A DNA stretch of 64,000 bases, taken from assembly GCF_037042905.1 (NCBI RefSeq), contig NC_087252.1:18230001-18294000 (forward strand), given 5' to 3'. Within the stretch, counting starts at the first letter, position 1. Every line of letters starts with the position of its first letter. The DNA comes from Lytechinus pictus (taxonomy: Eukaryota). The position numbers and the translations under genes were made by a program. The notes under the pieces are model-generated. The model made no database searches. It saw nothing but the letters and a program-made list of their open reading frames with translations, and was not told where the DNA came from. Shown here one piece after another: positions 11,966 through 25,354 of this stretch.

Positions 11966-13964
11966 TAAATTTTTGAGAGGACTGCCTTTCAATAAAAAAA
12001 AATAATAATCAATAATAAAAACCCAATATTTTGAGCAAAATAGGAGTCATGCTGAATAATAGGCCTACAAAATCAGATTGATGTAAACATTTTGTATTTC
12101 GTTATTCATTGCACTATACATAATTACATGTACATATCAACTCGTTAACAAAAACTTTTGATAACAAAAAGTATTTTTGTCAAATCTCAAGAAAATGCCT
12201 CACATGGTATAAATTTAAACAGTTCTGACAAGAAGTAAATTCTAATTCCCATGTACTTTAACGAGTAACAAATAATTTTTTTCTGGCCTAACTGAAAAAA
12301 AAATACTGGTATAATAAAAATAACCGTTCAAATATTTGTTTTTTTCTTAAATTCTAGGACATAAGTGCTATTCTGGAAAAGGCTGCTGGTGGCCAGTCCA
12401 TTCTCGGTGAACTTGAAGAAGGTGGACCACAGAGTGCCTCTAACAGACGAAGAATGGTGAGAATAGTTGTATCCCACCTCATGGAGAAATATGGAAACAA
12501 GTAAGAAAATACTCAAAAATTTCCAAACAACTAACAAAATCAATAGACCAGGGTTGGAGCTTAGACCAGTCAAAAGCTATTTTTCACAAAAGTGGTGAAA
12601 TGCAGGTTTGCTGCCAGCTTATGCATGCCCTGTCTGGGGATATATGAGGGATGGATATAAGTTCTCAACCGTCAGGTAGAAGGAGAAAAGATAAATTGAT
12701 GATTTTCATATCCCTGATATGATTCAACAACTCTTAAAATTGGGGGGGGGGGGAAGTTTCATTATAAAAATTAACTGAAATATTTGCTTTGTTACAAAAC
12801 TTTGACTGTTTCAGGTTTCTGAAGATAACTTTTCAATAGAAAATGAAAAGACAGTTACAATCAATATTCATCTCCAAACTTGTTCAGATGCATGAGGGTC
12901 ATGGTGCAGTGACATCACTGGAAGATGATTGCCCTTGCTGTGCTGCTAAAAAGTATGCAGCATAGTTTAAAGGCAGCAGGGAGCATCTGGAAGATGAATG
13001 AGTGCAAAATCTATTTACTAATAAAAGACAAATTTGTTCTTATATTATCTTATAGGTATCTGTAGTAGATCATTATTTTTTCCTTTCTTCTTGGATCTTT
13101 ATAATAATAGACCATCTGCTGAACAGAAGGTGGGCATGGCAATATCCATGATTCAACAATTTCCAGCACTGAAAGATGTTGAAGGACCTGGTTATGTAAG
13201 TATAAGTTTAATCACGTTAAAAGAACATCAATGGAAGCAGAAAATTGTGTTGTTATCAACAAGTTGTTTTTGTCCCATTGTACCATATGGCTTTCCCCAT
13301 GAACAATAACTTTGAACAGAAGAGAAAATACCGGACTCATCTAACGCTTATTGGTGGCATTTCGGTTTCTCTCGTGCCATATTCTTTCTGTTGTTCGATA
13401 ACAACAATATGCGTTGTCAACTATTTTGCACCATCATAAGTGTTTAAATACTGAATTGAACAAAACTTTTACACTTAAATGTTACACTTTTTTAGGTTGT
13501 TCTGTAAAGTAGGTGCTGTATATTCACTCATTGCTGTTACATGTATTTCTTTGTATAAATTTCGCACATAGGAAGCATGGTATACACAAGCAGTAGAGGG
13601 TGAACATGCAAAGGGCTTCATCGAAGAAAGGTTGAAAAATGTGAGAAAGAGAATGCCAAAGCAAGGGTGGACATCTTTGGAACCTTCAAGTTTAAGTGAG
13701 GAGAACCAGAAAGAACCATCAACCAAGGACAAAATTGAAGAACTAAAATCTAAAGGTATGTTAATGTGCCTAGTTTAAGTTTTGTTGCATGCTTTGTGAA
13801 CATTGAATGTTTAATTATTACTGGCTCATCTTCAAGTTCAAGTTGGGTTTGGTAGGCTTACTTGATTACAATCTTCAGAATTATCAGATGATTTATAATG
13901 TTCCACATTCCACAGACCAGTCTTTGGTCTACCAATTTTCACCTCATGATGCTCAGCAGATTGC

Positions 13965-14315
13965 TTGTGATCAAGTTAGCTCAATCGGTAGGGCATTGTA
14001 CTCCAGATCTTAAGGTTGTGTGTTCAAGTCCCAGCGCAGCCATGATTTGTATGTTTGATTGAAATTCCCTTGGCCACGGAACTAATTGCTTATTGTCTCA
14101 GCTACCGGTATAATATTCGGGGACTCCGAGAGCTGGTCCCAGTTGCAATATTGTTCTTCTAGATGTAGGCTGAATAGGGTTCTGTGCCCAATAGCAGCTG
14201 CATCCCTGGATGATGCTAAATGGAGTGTCTTTTGGGTGAAAGTGATCAATGCCATTTCTCTCAAAGTGTGTTGAGGCTGTGAGTTTACGCTTTAAATTTG
14301 TAGAGCGCACTTTAA
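13965..14315 (+). mobile_element. Degenerate tRNA-derived SINE
   Basis: A box TAGCTCAATCGG and B box GTTCAAGTCC at about 13977-14031; 3' extent approximate. Confidence 0.5.
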
Positions 14316-14480
14316 AATCATCTGCATGTTTTTTTTTTTTTTGATGTTGCTTGTAACACTTAATCAACTTGCATCAAAGGCATGTTCCAACCTCTTACAA
14401 GAAACCTATAACTAGTTTAGATAAATTTTTACAGGAAGCTTAGTCTGATTCCTGCAGTGCATCTGGTCAGGAACTTACAT

Positions 14481-15019
14481 CCCAGGGGGGGTCTGTCCTC
14501 ATTGAAAGGGGGGTATCATGCATGACCAAGGACTTGCCTAAAGCATCCTAAACAAGTATTTACAAATGCAAAAATATACACCCTAAATAAGTATGATTAT
14601 CGGTAATTTGCTACCCTAAGTAAGTAATCCCCAAAGCAAGTAATAACTATTTTCAAACCAAGCAAATAGTGATATATGCTTTGCTTTCCGTGCATGAGGT
14701 CGGGCTAATTCAAGTGTTTGCGGGCATGTGCAAAGTGTTTTTGGCTGGGATTTGGGAATATTCCATCATTGTGATAAACTGTAGTGTTAAATGAACATGC
14801 AATTAGCCCTAAGTACACAGGTAAGGTGAATTTTTTTTTAAGACACTGAATGCGTAACTCATCGGTTTAAAAAAAGTGACCCTTTTTCTTGATTTTTTGT
14901 GATTTTGAGACCCTATTTACGTGCATGATTGTAAAAAAACACCCTTTTTACGTGAATTATTGGTCAAGCATGATACCCCCCCCTTTCAATGAGGACAGAC
15001 CCCCCCCCCCCCCCCGGGG
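14481..15019. mobile_element. MITE with long TIRs and an 8-9 bp target duplication
   Basis: TIR core GTCTGTCCTCATTGAAAGGGGGGTATCATGC at both ends; ACTTACAT(C) duplicated at 14473 and 15020. Confidence 0.85.
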
Positions 15020-15086
15020 ACTTACATCAGTGCACTAGATCTTAGGATTGATTGCCGTCAAATTTTAGAGCCTTAAACAGGTGTCA

Positions 15087-15362
15087 CCGGCATGGTGGCC
15101 TAGTGGTTAGAGCGTCCGCCTCATGATCGGGGGGTTGTGGGTTTGAACCCCAGCCGGGCCATACCAAAGGCTTTAAAAATGGTACCTACTGCTTTCTTGT
15201 CAGGCACTCGACATTAGAAGAATGGAGTAGGGAAGTTAAACACATGGCTACCAGTGGACTAACCCCCTGCTGTAGTTTCTCTACTTTCCTATGTGGCCTA
15301 GGTTTATTGAAATGGAGATAGGCGCCGCTCTATGGGCCGAAAGGCTTGAGAAGGACTTTAAC
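15087..15362 (+). mobile_element. tRNA-derived SINE, possibly MetaSINE-like
   Basis: tRNA head GGTGGCCTAGTGG...GGTTTGAACCC followed by CATACCAAAGGCTTTAAAAATGGTACCTACTGC; related copy at 62860-63060. Confidence 0.75.
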
Positions 15363-16120
15363 TTTTTGTAAAAGGTAGTTTAGGGTTTGCTGTAGGTAGC
15401 CTACTATTGATTTTGTTTTTTATCACCTTGTCTTTTTCAGAAAAAGATATGGAGCCGGAGAACTTGGAAGAAATGAAGCAATGGCTTCAACATAATAATA
15501 GCCCTATCCCTAAAGTGGTGGAATTCATGAAGAAGACTGCACTGAAAAGACAAGAAGAAATTCACTCAGAGAAGAAATCTACCGTGCATGACATCGAGTT
15601 GCAATGGCCTCGACTCTTTGATGTCCCTAACATGGTATGGGGTAACTTTTGTTTTCTTGGTTTATGTCAAAAGTACAGTAAAGCATTAATTCTTGAGGTG
15701 TGCTTCTCAAAAACCCAAATAAAATTCCTCATTGATCTTTTTTGCCTGCCAGGACCAGTAACAAAAGTCTACCAAATTCTGCCTGTTTTTATTTGGTACT
15801 ACTGATAATAATATACTTCCCTACATGTATCTTTTGCCAGGTGTCATTAACATAATCAAGGCCTAGCTCCTTGGTTGCTGGATATTCATTTTGCAATTAG
15901 ACATTACACATGTGCCCACCCCAAAATTACCATACTGAATCAAGGTTTTACAATCCTTCTTTATGCATTTTAATTTGCATCACAGATAGATGGTGATTTC
16001 AGAGCAGTTCATGGGGATGTGTCTGACAGATTAATCATGAAATGGACTCAAGAACTGGCAAAAAAACTACTGCAGTATGGAGAAAAGCAAAGTCCACAAG
16101 TGCAAGCCGGTACATATATT

Positions 16121-16574
16121 CCCCGGGGGGAGGGGCACTCAATATGAAAGTGACGTACGAGTAAGATCACACATCTCGAACATAGGGGTCTTTCGGTGAT
16201 GCGTTCAAATGAAAAATAGGGGGTCTTTGGGTGACAAATGAAAAATAGGGGGTCTTTGGGTGACAAGTAAAAAAATAGGGTGTCTTTCAGTGACAGTCTA
16301 AAATCTGGGTTTTTCGGTGACACACCAAGCTAAACAATGGGCTCTTTTTTAGTGTGATTAAATGGCATTTTTCTGAAAATCAAAAATTTGGGAAATTTTT
16401 GGGTCAGAGAGTGCAAAATTCATGGGTCTTTGGGTGACAGAAAAAAATTGGGTCATCAAATGGAAAAAACGGGGGTCTTTGGGTGACAGCAGTCCAAAAA
16501 AGGGGGTCTTTTTGATCGCACATGGTGCGAACTTCAATATTGAGTGCCCCCACCACCACCACCCCCACCCGGGG
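16121..16574. mobile_element. MITE with CCCCGGGG termini and internal GGGGTCTTTGGGTGACA repeats
   Basis: GGGGCACTCAATAT / ATATTGAGTGCCCC inverted repeats; sits just after the donor of the 15986-16109 exon. Confidence 0.7.
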
Positions 16575-19500
16575 TATTTTCTGTAATATTTTGCCTTTCA
16601 ATAATTTTGTATACTGTTGTAAAAAAGATGCGATTCAGTGTTAAAATATTTACCATGGAATTGCTCTATTTTAATTGAAGTTTGTTTTCCTTTCGGATAT
16701 AGATGATCAAAGTGCACAGGATGCAGGTCTGACAGCACTGCCCTTGATACTGCCTACAGGAAAACTGTCAAACGCAAAGAAATCCAGGGCTACGGTGAAA
16801 GAAGCAATGGAGTCCATTGATTTTCAGCCGGTAAGTATGGAGTAAATTTTAGTGCCTACTAAATGAAATGTTTGGGTATAGAGGTGGGATGCAGATGGGA
16901 TATATCCAATTGGAGGATGTTTTTGTATATCTTCTTGCACATAAAATGAAAGAAATGCCTCAAGTACTCCATTTGGTTGAAAGTGATATGTAAAGAATGG
17001 GACACGTTCATCAAGACAACAACAGTTTGGCTGATGTGATGCTCACACAGTTTGTATTGCATAGATCTGTTTTACTTAATTGTTATCATCGGAGATGCCA
17101 GACTTCAGGAAATTTTTTTCAGCATCTCCAGTACAATTAACAAGATTAAAAATTCATATTTTCAAGAAATTTTATTAGCGTTTCAGGAAAATGTGACCAA
17201 AGTCACTGGCATCTCTGTATCATTTTGATTATGGTTCGATTAACTGCAGAATTTGCATGCTTGTCGCACTACAACATTTGTAGCACATCCCACATGCAGC
17301 CCAAACTTTCCATGTTTGCTAATTGAAGTTCAGCTGACAGGTCCCTAATAGAACTCGACTCTCACTCTACACCTAGATCTGTGATAGATCTTTAGAACTG
17401 TGATATAAAGAAAGGTTAAGTTTATATGACAACTTCTATCATGATCATGGTCAAGTTACAGTAGTTACCCTCACTATATAGATTTGACAGACTGACCCAT
17501 GATGTCAAACGCCAGGCAGTATAGTCAAATATTGTTCCTCGACCAGCAAAGTGTGTGCACACAATGTACATCAGGACCATGCTAAAGCTATATCTATCTA
17601 CAACCCACTTACCAGTAAGAATTAAGTACGCAGACAGAAAATATCTAGATTTATTTTTTAAATGTAAATTAATCAGTAGATTTATTTTCTCTTTTTACAG
17701 ATAGGGACAAACCTCCCTTAATACTTGGATGGACTCATGTCAAAGAGGCGGCAACCATTTGTCCTGGCCCTTGGCCCACAGAAAGCGCCAGCACAATATT
17801 TTGCTGTGGTTGAGGGCCGTGCCCTTAAGCAAGACAGCCTTCTGAAGGCTGTTGATGTGTGTTTCAAGTTGTTTTATGTACTTGACCTGGAGTATCCATC
17901 TGCGTGCTATACTACATGGGAGTTTATTCAAAAAGTTCTGTACCAGGTAAATGCCAAAGACAGGAACACCTCCTCCTGTGTGAGGTCATTAAGGACATAT
18001 GTCCTTCATACTTAATTTTCAACCATTTAATGGTCAATGTCAGTTCAGCAGAACTCAAAATTCTAATTTGGATATGTCTGTATGCCATGTATGAAATTCA
18101 ATACTAAAATGGATTTTACAAGTTCAGGTATCGAGGTACGTCAATTCCTCAAGGCAGCAGCTCCACGTGCGTACTTAAGCAGCATCTTCAATTGCTTGCG
18201 TGTGTACGCATGCGCCTTTAGGGTTCCTTTGTGACATCAGATAAATGCGTATCAATTTCACTGCCTATCCTTTTCAAATCTATTTTAGTCATTCGTATAC
18301 AGGGGGGTACAAAGGGTATCCAAATTCCAATACCACATTTTGATTTTAAATTTTGCAAGCAACAAAACAAACAAAATTGCAAAGTGGCAAGTATGCCAAC
18401 ATTTTCATTTTGTCTGCTAAATACCTCTGCGTTTTAAATTGTATCTCTGCAAATTAATGCTAGTGGCTTTAGAAGATGGGTTTGTGACAAAAAGCTCAAA
18501 CTTGTCATTTTTGTGGCAAATTATGGTTTTTCGATCAGTTAAATTTATAGACTAGGTTTAAGCCAAAATGTTTGCACAGATAACATTTAATGTACATAAG
18601 TTAATATATAGCAGACACATTAAGCAAGTTTTGACATAATTACCACTGTGTGATATTGTTTTCTTGACATTAATATTCTGGTAGCAGAATTCAAAGACCT
18701 TAGCCCTCATTCATTATACTATGCCATTTATTATACTATGCCATAACCAAGGCGCATATCCAAATTGTGATTCGTATTTTGAGTTCCGCGAGTTGATGTT
18801 ATTTATACCACTGGATGTACTGAACTACATAGGCCCTTCAAACTAGAATTTAATGAAAATGAAAATAATATGCTGAACTGCATACTTATCAATGTTTAGC
18901 TTGGGATCATTGTACTAACCTTGGTGTGATTGTGAGAGGAGAGGGTGGCCACTCATGTGTATACTTTCAAAAATGACCCCAAGCTAGGATTCACCAAAAG
19001 TGGTCAAATTTACCCCAAACAAGGATTTTAATTGACAAAAAACACCCCAAACAAGGGGTAAAATACCATGTGATCACAAGGTGTGATTGCGCCAGTGAAA
19101 TGACTAGAATCTATGAATAAGTGATGTAATGTGTGGTAATTGAGTTGTATTGCCTTTTTACAATTGAAGTGTTACAAATAGCAAGTTTTACTTTTACTGA
19201 TGGAATTATAATACACGGCAAGTTTAAATTTAACTGATATTACTGCAAATAGCAAGTTTGAATTTAACTGATACATTATTAGAATTTGATTAATTTCAAC
19301 TTTGAATTTAACTGATAGAATGACAACTATTAACTGATTAAAAAAAATGATGTAACTGATAGAATTGTAAATTATAGCAAGTTTCAGTTTAAGAATTGGT
19401 GTGACCCTTGGTACATTGCTGTTTGCTGACAAAGCATTTTTCAGATGTTGGACTTGCAGCTACTGCTCCCGAGTTGCAATAGAGTTACATAGAATGTGTA

Positions 19501-19990
19501 GAAGTATTTCTTTGAAATAGTTACAAATATAATTTTATAGAGGGAATTTTCCAAAAGGTCCTTCCTGTTCAAAAACCCAATGTAAATACATTAATATGAC
19601 TTTAAAATGGTACAATACATGTGTAAAACCCAATGAAATGAGCCCGATACATAGTGTTTATGGATCGATCAGCAATACAGCTTGATTGGTGGCGAACACA
19701 AGTGAAGAAATTCATGTTTTAATTCGTACTTTTTCGATATGAACTGAAATTGAATTTGTTTTAAATTAATTAAGCAAATTTACTTCCATGTTATCCTGTA
19801 ACTTATTCAGTATTAATGTACATCAGTGTAAAAAAATTGGGTAAACAGGAATGCAGATGATATGCAGCTTTTCTTGGGGACAATTCATGTAATAACATCT
19901 AGGTGTCAGATGTGGTGTATCATATGCGTGTGTAAATGCCATCACTCCATGTGAATCTGATGCAGACACTTTGTAGATGGCATACAGATC

Positions 19991-20206
19991 TTCAATAGAG
20001 AAGATTCATCTTGACAAAACCAATATCAATTACTGACCTGACAGTTTCGGCCATCCTGGTCGAAAGCCATCTTCTCTAGAGGGCGTTCCGACGAGAATTG
20101 GATCATAACTGTCAGGTCAGTAATTGATAATTGGTTTTGTCAAGATGAATCTTCTCTATTTATGATGTCAATGCAGTCAAACCAGATGAATTTATTCAAG
20201 AAAAAA
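19991..20206. mobile_element. Small insertion with an internal inverted repeat (about 53-bp arms) and an 11-bp flanking duplication; possible Penelope-like remnant
   Basis: GCATACAGATC at 19980-19990 and 20207-20217; arms at about 19994-20046 and 20107-20160. Confidence 0.55.
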
Positions 20207-22946
20207 GCATACAGATCAGATATTTGGCCTACTACCACATCATTGATCAATCAAGGTCAACTATTTGAAAAGCAAATTATAAAATCTGTAATGTCTTAAT
20301 AATGTTAGAAAATGCTTCAGTGCTTTTCAATTTGACAGTGTACTTTTTAGGATCAAATTTTAAATGTTACCACTCTTGTATTGCTATTTAGTGTTTTGGA
20401 AGCATCTAATATGTTCTTTATAAATAAATTATTTGTTTATGCACAATAATCTTTTAATTTTTGTGTCTAATTAATGTGTTAAGCTTACAAGTAGTCGGAT
20501 ACAACTAACCACTGAAGTCAAAATCTGACTACATTGAAGTTGAAATTGACTACATTGAAGTGAAAGGATGGAGGAATGAAATGACCCTACTGTCTATTGC
20601 ATTTGACCCCTTTTAATTTAAATGTAGTCAAATTTTGACCTTTTTGTAGTAATTTTTTACTTCATTTGGGTCATTTGTTGACTACCATTGTAGTCAAAAT
20701 CATTTGACTACATCTAGTGGGTCATAAATGACCCCAATGGGTTCGGTGTATAGTTGACCCTGAGAATGGGGTCAAAAATGACTGTTATAGGGTCATTTTT
20801 GACTACCTATTTTTAAGTGTGTATTTCCATTTATCATATGTTTTTTCGTAGTACATGTCGGCCTATAGGTCATGTGTTAACATAGATATTGACATTATTT
20901 TATCGGAACGTATTAAATAAACAATATTAACTGTAAAAAAAAAACTGTTTTTATTAGGCAAATTGCATTTAAGGCCGTCACTCTAAACAGCATATTTTAA
21001 ACTTATAAACAATTGTTAAAACTTTTTAAAGAACTTCTTTAAAGATTTGTTCAATCTTCATAGACAACTTGTTTCAATGTTTACATAACCTGTCTAAAGG
21101 TTCAAACAACTTCTTGTTTAAATTTAAAAGTTTAAAGTTTAAACAGCCTGTTTAAATAATTTTAATCAATGAGTGATGGGCTTAAATAACGTGCTTAAAT
21201 TTCAAATAGCGGTTTTTTTTTTCAAGTTTACAAGCGATTATACTACAATGTTCCCTTTTATCTTACACAATACAAAGGGGGTGGGCGCCCCGTGATTCTG
21301 AAATTTAAATATTCTGAGCTTTAATTTTTGATTCTGAGCTTTAAATTGTAATAACAGGACGCGTGGTTGTGTGGTGATTATCAAAACGGAACAGTATGTT
21401 CTGCTCACGACAGTGATCAGGTGATTACAATGATGTTTATTTTGTAATGATCAGACTTCTTCGGATGATCGTATGCCTCATTAAAACATTATAATGAGGT
21501 TAAAACATCGTATAGGTTAAGGGAGAGAGAGAGGAAGGGGGAGAAGATGAGTTGAGGGGACGTGGGAGGAGATAGACTTGATTTGGATAGAGATATAAGA
21601 TGAGGTAAAAGGGAAATCTAATATGTTCAATAAAACTTGACGCTAAAAAGTAAAGATATGGGTTAAGTAGAATGTACAAGAAGAACATAATTATGGAGGG
21701 GACAGAGAGTGAGAAATCGACAAAGGAAAGAGGGGGGACAGGGGAGGCGTGGTCATTCAATGAATAAAACAGAATGGGGCACAGAATATAAATCATCGCG
21801 GAGGAGCGACGCGAGCGAGCAAAACGAAATAGTTTTATCAAAGTGATAATTGTGTTTTTGACAGAAATTTTTTTTTTTCAGGTTTTAGACATCCTAATCT
21901 TTACGCTACGGGGTGCAGATAATAAAGGGAGGAATTGAGGAGGGGTTAAAATCAATTTTAACCAAAGAATTGGTCAACAGTGTGCAAGATCTGATACTGA
22001 TGGAGATCTGGTGAAAAGGGTGGTGGGAAGGCTGGGGTGTCATGAAAGCCCCCCCCCCCCTTCCTAGACAGTGTCTGATCATAATGATGTGGTAAAAGAT
22101 ATCGCGTGTCAAACCACCAACCACTGTGATGAGAATGGCATCATTACGACATGTTATCACGAAGCATGTCAATCAATGCTTTCTTTTGTATTCACACCAT
22201 AGCATGTGGAAGGCACGATCTTGTTTCATCTCTTCTGAACGTGTCGGGTTAACGGTGAACGATTATGTCTGAGAATGTTATTTCCAAGCACAGTGATGAG
22301 CTACTCATGATTTCTACATCCGACAACCAGTGGCGTATACATATAGATGGGGGGCGGGACTTGGGGCGCTAGCTGGACCCCAAAAATATTCCCAATCCGA
22401 GATAAAAAAAAAAAAAAAAAAAAAGGAAAACAGGAGAAAAGGAAACGAAAGGAAATGAACAGTGTAAAGCATGACAAGATTATCTTTATATTATGAAAAT
22501 CTATCATGAAATTGGATCATTCTTTACAAAAAGTCAAACTTTTAGCTCGCCCGCTCGCTTCGTTCTCTAGCGACTCAGGCCACCGAAATTTTGCCTCATC
22601 CGCCATGTTTTGGCTTATTAAGTCACTGATGACAACAAATAACATTTCCATATATTCATGTGGAGCTTTAATACCAAGAAATAAGCACAAATGTATTCGG
22701 GTCATTCCAACTGCTAAACCTGTTTACGTGATGTCACTGTCATACATTGCTAATGAAAGTGACTGTATAATGTCAGTTAAATAAATAATTGTGACATTAG
22801 GACACAGATGCTATCCTGAAAAAAATAAATTGGTCTCGGATTCCAAAGGATGAATGGACCCCTGTCATGACCTGTAATAGGCTACGGTCACATCAGCGAA
22901 ACCTATTCCTAACCGACCGATATGGCATGCCATTGGACATAACGTA

Positions 22947-23170
22947 CACAGTAAAAACGCTGTTTAAGATTTTATACAACGCTGTTTACTATATGAACCT
23001 TAGCTTACAGTGTTTGTTTAACCGTTTAAACAATCATGTTTAATTTATTGAGGATTAGATATTGAAAATTTGTTGCTTATTTAAAGATTTAAACACTTGT
23101 TTAAACTGTTTAAACAATTACTGTAAGGTTCATATAGTAAACAGCGTTGTAAAATTGTTTTTTTACTGTG
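22947..23170. mobile_element. CACAG-ended palindromic MITE (CACTA/EnSpm-type)
   Basis: CACAGTAAA...TTTACTGTG with a long internal inverted repeat; close copy at 37473-37697. Confidence 0.8.
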
Positions 23171-23206
23171 TGATAGATTTGGTCGATCGGGCTGGAGTTG
23201 GATGTA

Positions 23207-23425
23207 CACTGCAAAAACCCCGGTGTTAATTCAACACCAGCCTGGTATCTATATCGGTCCACACGACCAGTTTGGCGTTAGGGCTAACACCAATTTGGCA
23301 TTTCAGCCGCACCAATTAGTGTTAAACCAGTATCGGTTTGATTCTTAACCGGTGTTGTTTCAACACCTCTCTGGTGTGGAATGATACCAGGCTGGTGTTA
23401 AATCAACACCGGCGTATTTGCAGTG
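23207..23425. mobile_element. CACTG-ended MITE, TA-flanked
   Basis: TA-CACTGCAAA...TTTGCAGTG-TA with internal AACACC/GGTGTT inverted motifs. Confidence 0.8.
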
Positions 23426-23595
23426 TAGCGGTGTGACTTGGTATAAAAGTACGTTCACACGAGTCTTTAATATCATCTCGAATCATCATGCCCTGTTTCC
23501 TAAAGACCTGTTATATATAATAACAAAGTCGGTATTTCTATAACTAATCAGCCAATCAATTCGAATGATTTTAGGAGCTTTTAGCTGTCATTGTA

Positions 23596-23811
23596 CACTG
23601 TAAAAACGATGTTTAAAATTTCATGCAGGTTGTTTAGGCCCGTTACTCTAACAGCAATTGTTTAAAGTTTGAAACAAGTTGTTCATTTTTTCTAACAAGA
23701 TGTTGAAAACTTTTAAACAATTTCAAAAAAGTGTAAACAATTGTGTAAAAGTTTAAACAACTTGCTGTTAGAGTGACGGGCTTAAACAGCGTGATATCTT
23801 TTTTTACTTTG
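23596..23811. mobile_element. CACTG-ended MITE, degenerate
   Basis: TA-CACTGTAAAAA...TTTTTACTTTG-TA with TTTAAACA motifs; more decayed relative at about 20930-21230. Confidence 0.65.
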
Positions 23812-25354
23812 TAAATTTGTTACTATATCAAGTTGGATGAAATATGCCCTGCAGGGACCATAACACGATCGAAGCTGAGCGATTTGATCGCTAGATAGTA
23901 CGGATGACTTTTACAATTAGTGTATAATCAGTCGATAATCTTTGTGTTTAACAAAAAAAAAAATTTCATAAACTTGTCATCTCGTTTTGGAGGGGCTCTA
24001 CATCTTGAGATCAAGTCCAATTTAATATAAAGTATAGAAGAAAAAAAAGAGCAAACAAACAAACAACAAAACAGTCGTTTTATCAAAATCGATATACTTG
24101 TGACATTACAAGACAGATGGTATAACCTGAAAATAACTTGCCGTCAGATGCCAAGGGACTTATACATTTGATCAGAGTCTGTTATTAGTCTAAAGTGCGT
24201 CCACACGAATTTGAATTTTGAAGTAATGATTCTATTTCACTTCATTTTATCCAAAAATATTTTCATTAACAGAATCAAAGGATAAGAAAAAAATGTAATC
24301 ATTTCATAGATGCCCATATACAGAATATCTCACTTGTGATTAAAATATATTGCATCACGAGGAGCCACACCATTTTTTATAATAGGACTATTGCGTCAAA
24401 ATGACTTGGATGGTGACGTCTACAACTCTCCATTTCTTTTGTATAATAATGTCATATTAAAAGACAATTATTTTGTATTTTCTGCTAAGAGAATATATAT
24501 AATACTGGTTTGCTCTCATTAAATTCACAAAGAAAGAAACTAAGGAAGAAAGAATTCAGTTTATAATGAAATAAGGATATTTAAATGATTTTCCCCGAAT
24601 GCTACGACCAAAATTTGCAGTAGGGCCTATAACCAGGGGGCAACGTCATGATGTTTTAATAGGGAGCAGGTTAACATAAATATAGCGTATTTCTTCCAGT
24701 TTTTTAATACCCATTTTGTCTTCCTTTTGGCTTCCTTCCCTCCCCCCCCCCCTCTCATATCTCTTTATTTTTTTCCCTTTTTAAAAGGACCAACTTGAAA
24801 AATCGCAGGGATGACCGCCCCATGGCCCCTCTTACACGATCCCAAATTACAACGTGTAATCTTACTGTACAATATAAGTCGTCAATGACCGAAATTAATT
24901 GGTCTGACCACTATATCCTTGATCTAAAGCTGTATGTCACAACAGCCCAATCACAATTGAATAGGCCATTGTGTTGCTATGATTTTTACTCTTATCAATA
25001 TAAAAGTGATTGGGAAATAAAAACACGTTTGGAAAGGGCTAAAGGGCTTTTAGAGTTTTGACTGAAACGAAAGCTACGAACACAAATAGTTCAAGATTAA
25101 GTCAGTTGGCATGGTCGCGAATCCCCCCCCCCCCCGGGGTAAATTGAGATCTAAGACAAATTATGCGAGGGGAAGTTCAATGCCGCGGTCGAGCTTATAA
25201 TAACGTAAAGATGGTAATAAAGAAATCCCTTGTATGACTATAGAGCTGCATGCTTTAGAATACCGTACAGCGTACGCTGGAGATATATAGGGGATGCCGG
25301 GGTGCATGAGAGAGAGAGGGGGAAAAAAAGAGAGTCGGGGAGAAAGCAAGGGGG

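Larger units (their letters stand above)
12358..18015 (+). pseudogene. Spliced SAMD3-like transposon accessory gene; exons 12358-12500, 13111-13195, 13572-13755, 15441-15634, 15986-16109, 16703-16830, 17701-18015; in-frame TAA at 17719-17721
   Basis: All seven exons have AG/GT boundaries with compatible phases and join into one frame: DISAILEK...RRRMVRIVVSHLMEKYGNKPSAEQKVGMAISMIQQFPALKDVEGPGYEAWY...GFIEERLKNVRKR...MKKTALKRQEEI...WPRLFD...QPFVLALG...KAVDVCFKLFYVLDLEYPSACYTTWEFIQKVLY. The motifs recall the SAMD3-like proteins of animal CACTA-type elements (recognised from memory, no search run). Confidence 0.8.
9129..20821. mobile_element. CACTA/EnSpm (CMC)-like DNA transposon, 11.7 kb, apparently non-autonomous
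   Basis: Perfect TIR CACACTTAAAAATAGGTAGTCAAAA / TTTTGACTACCTATTTTTAAGTGTG, TA on both sides, and dense sub-terminal TGACTAC/TGACCC motifs at 9130-9350 and 20490-20820. Confidence 0.88.
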
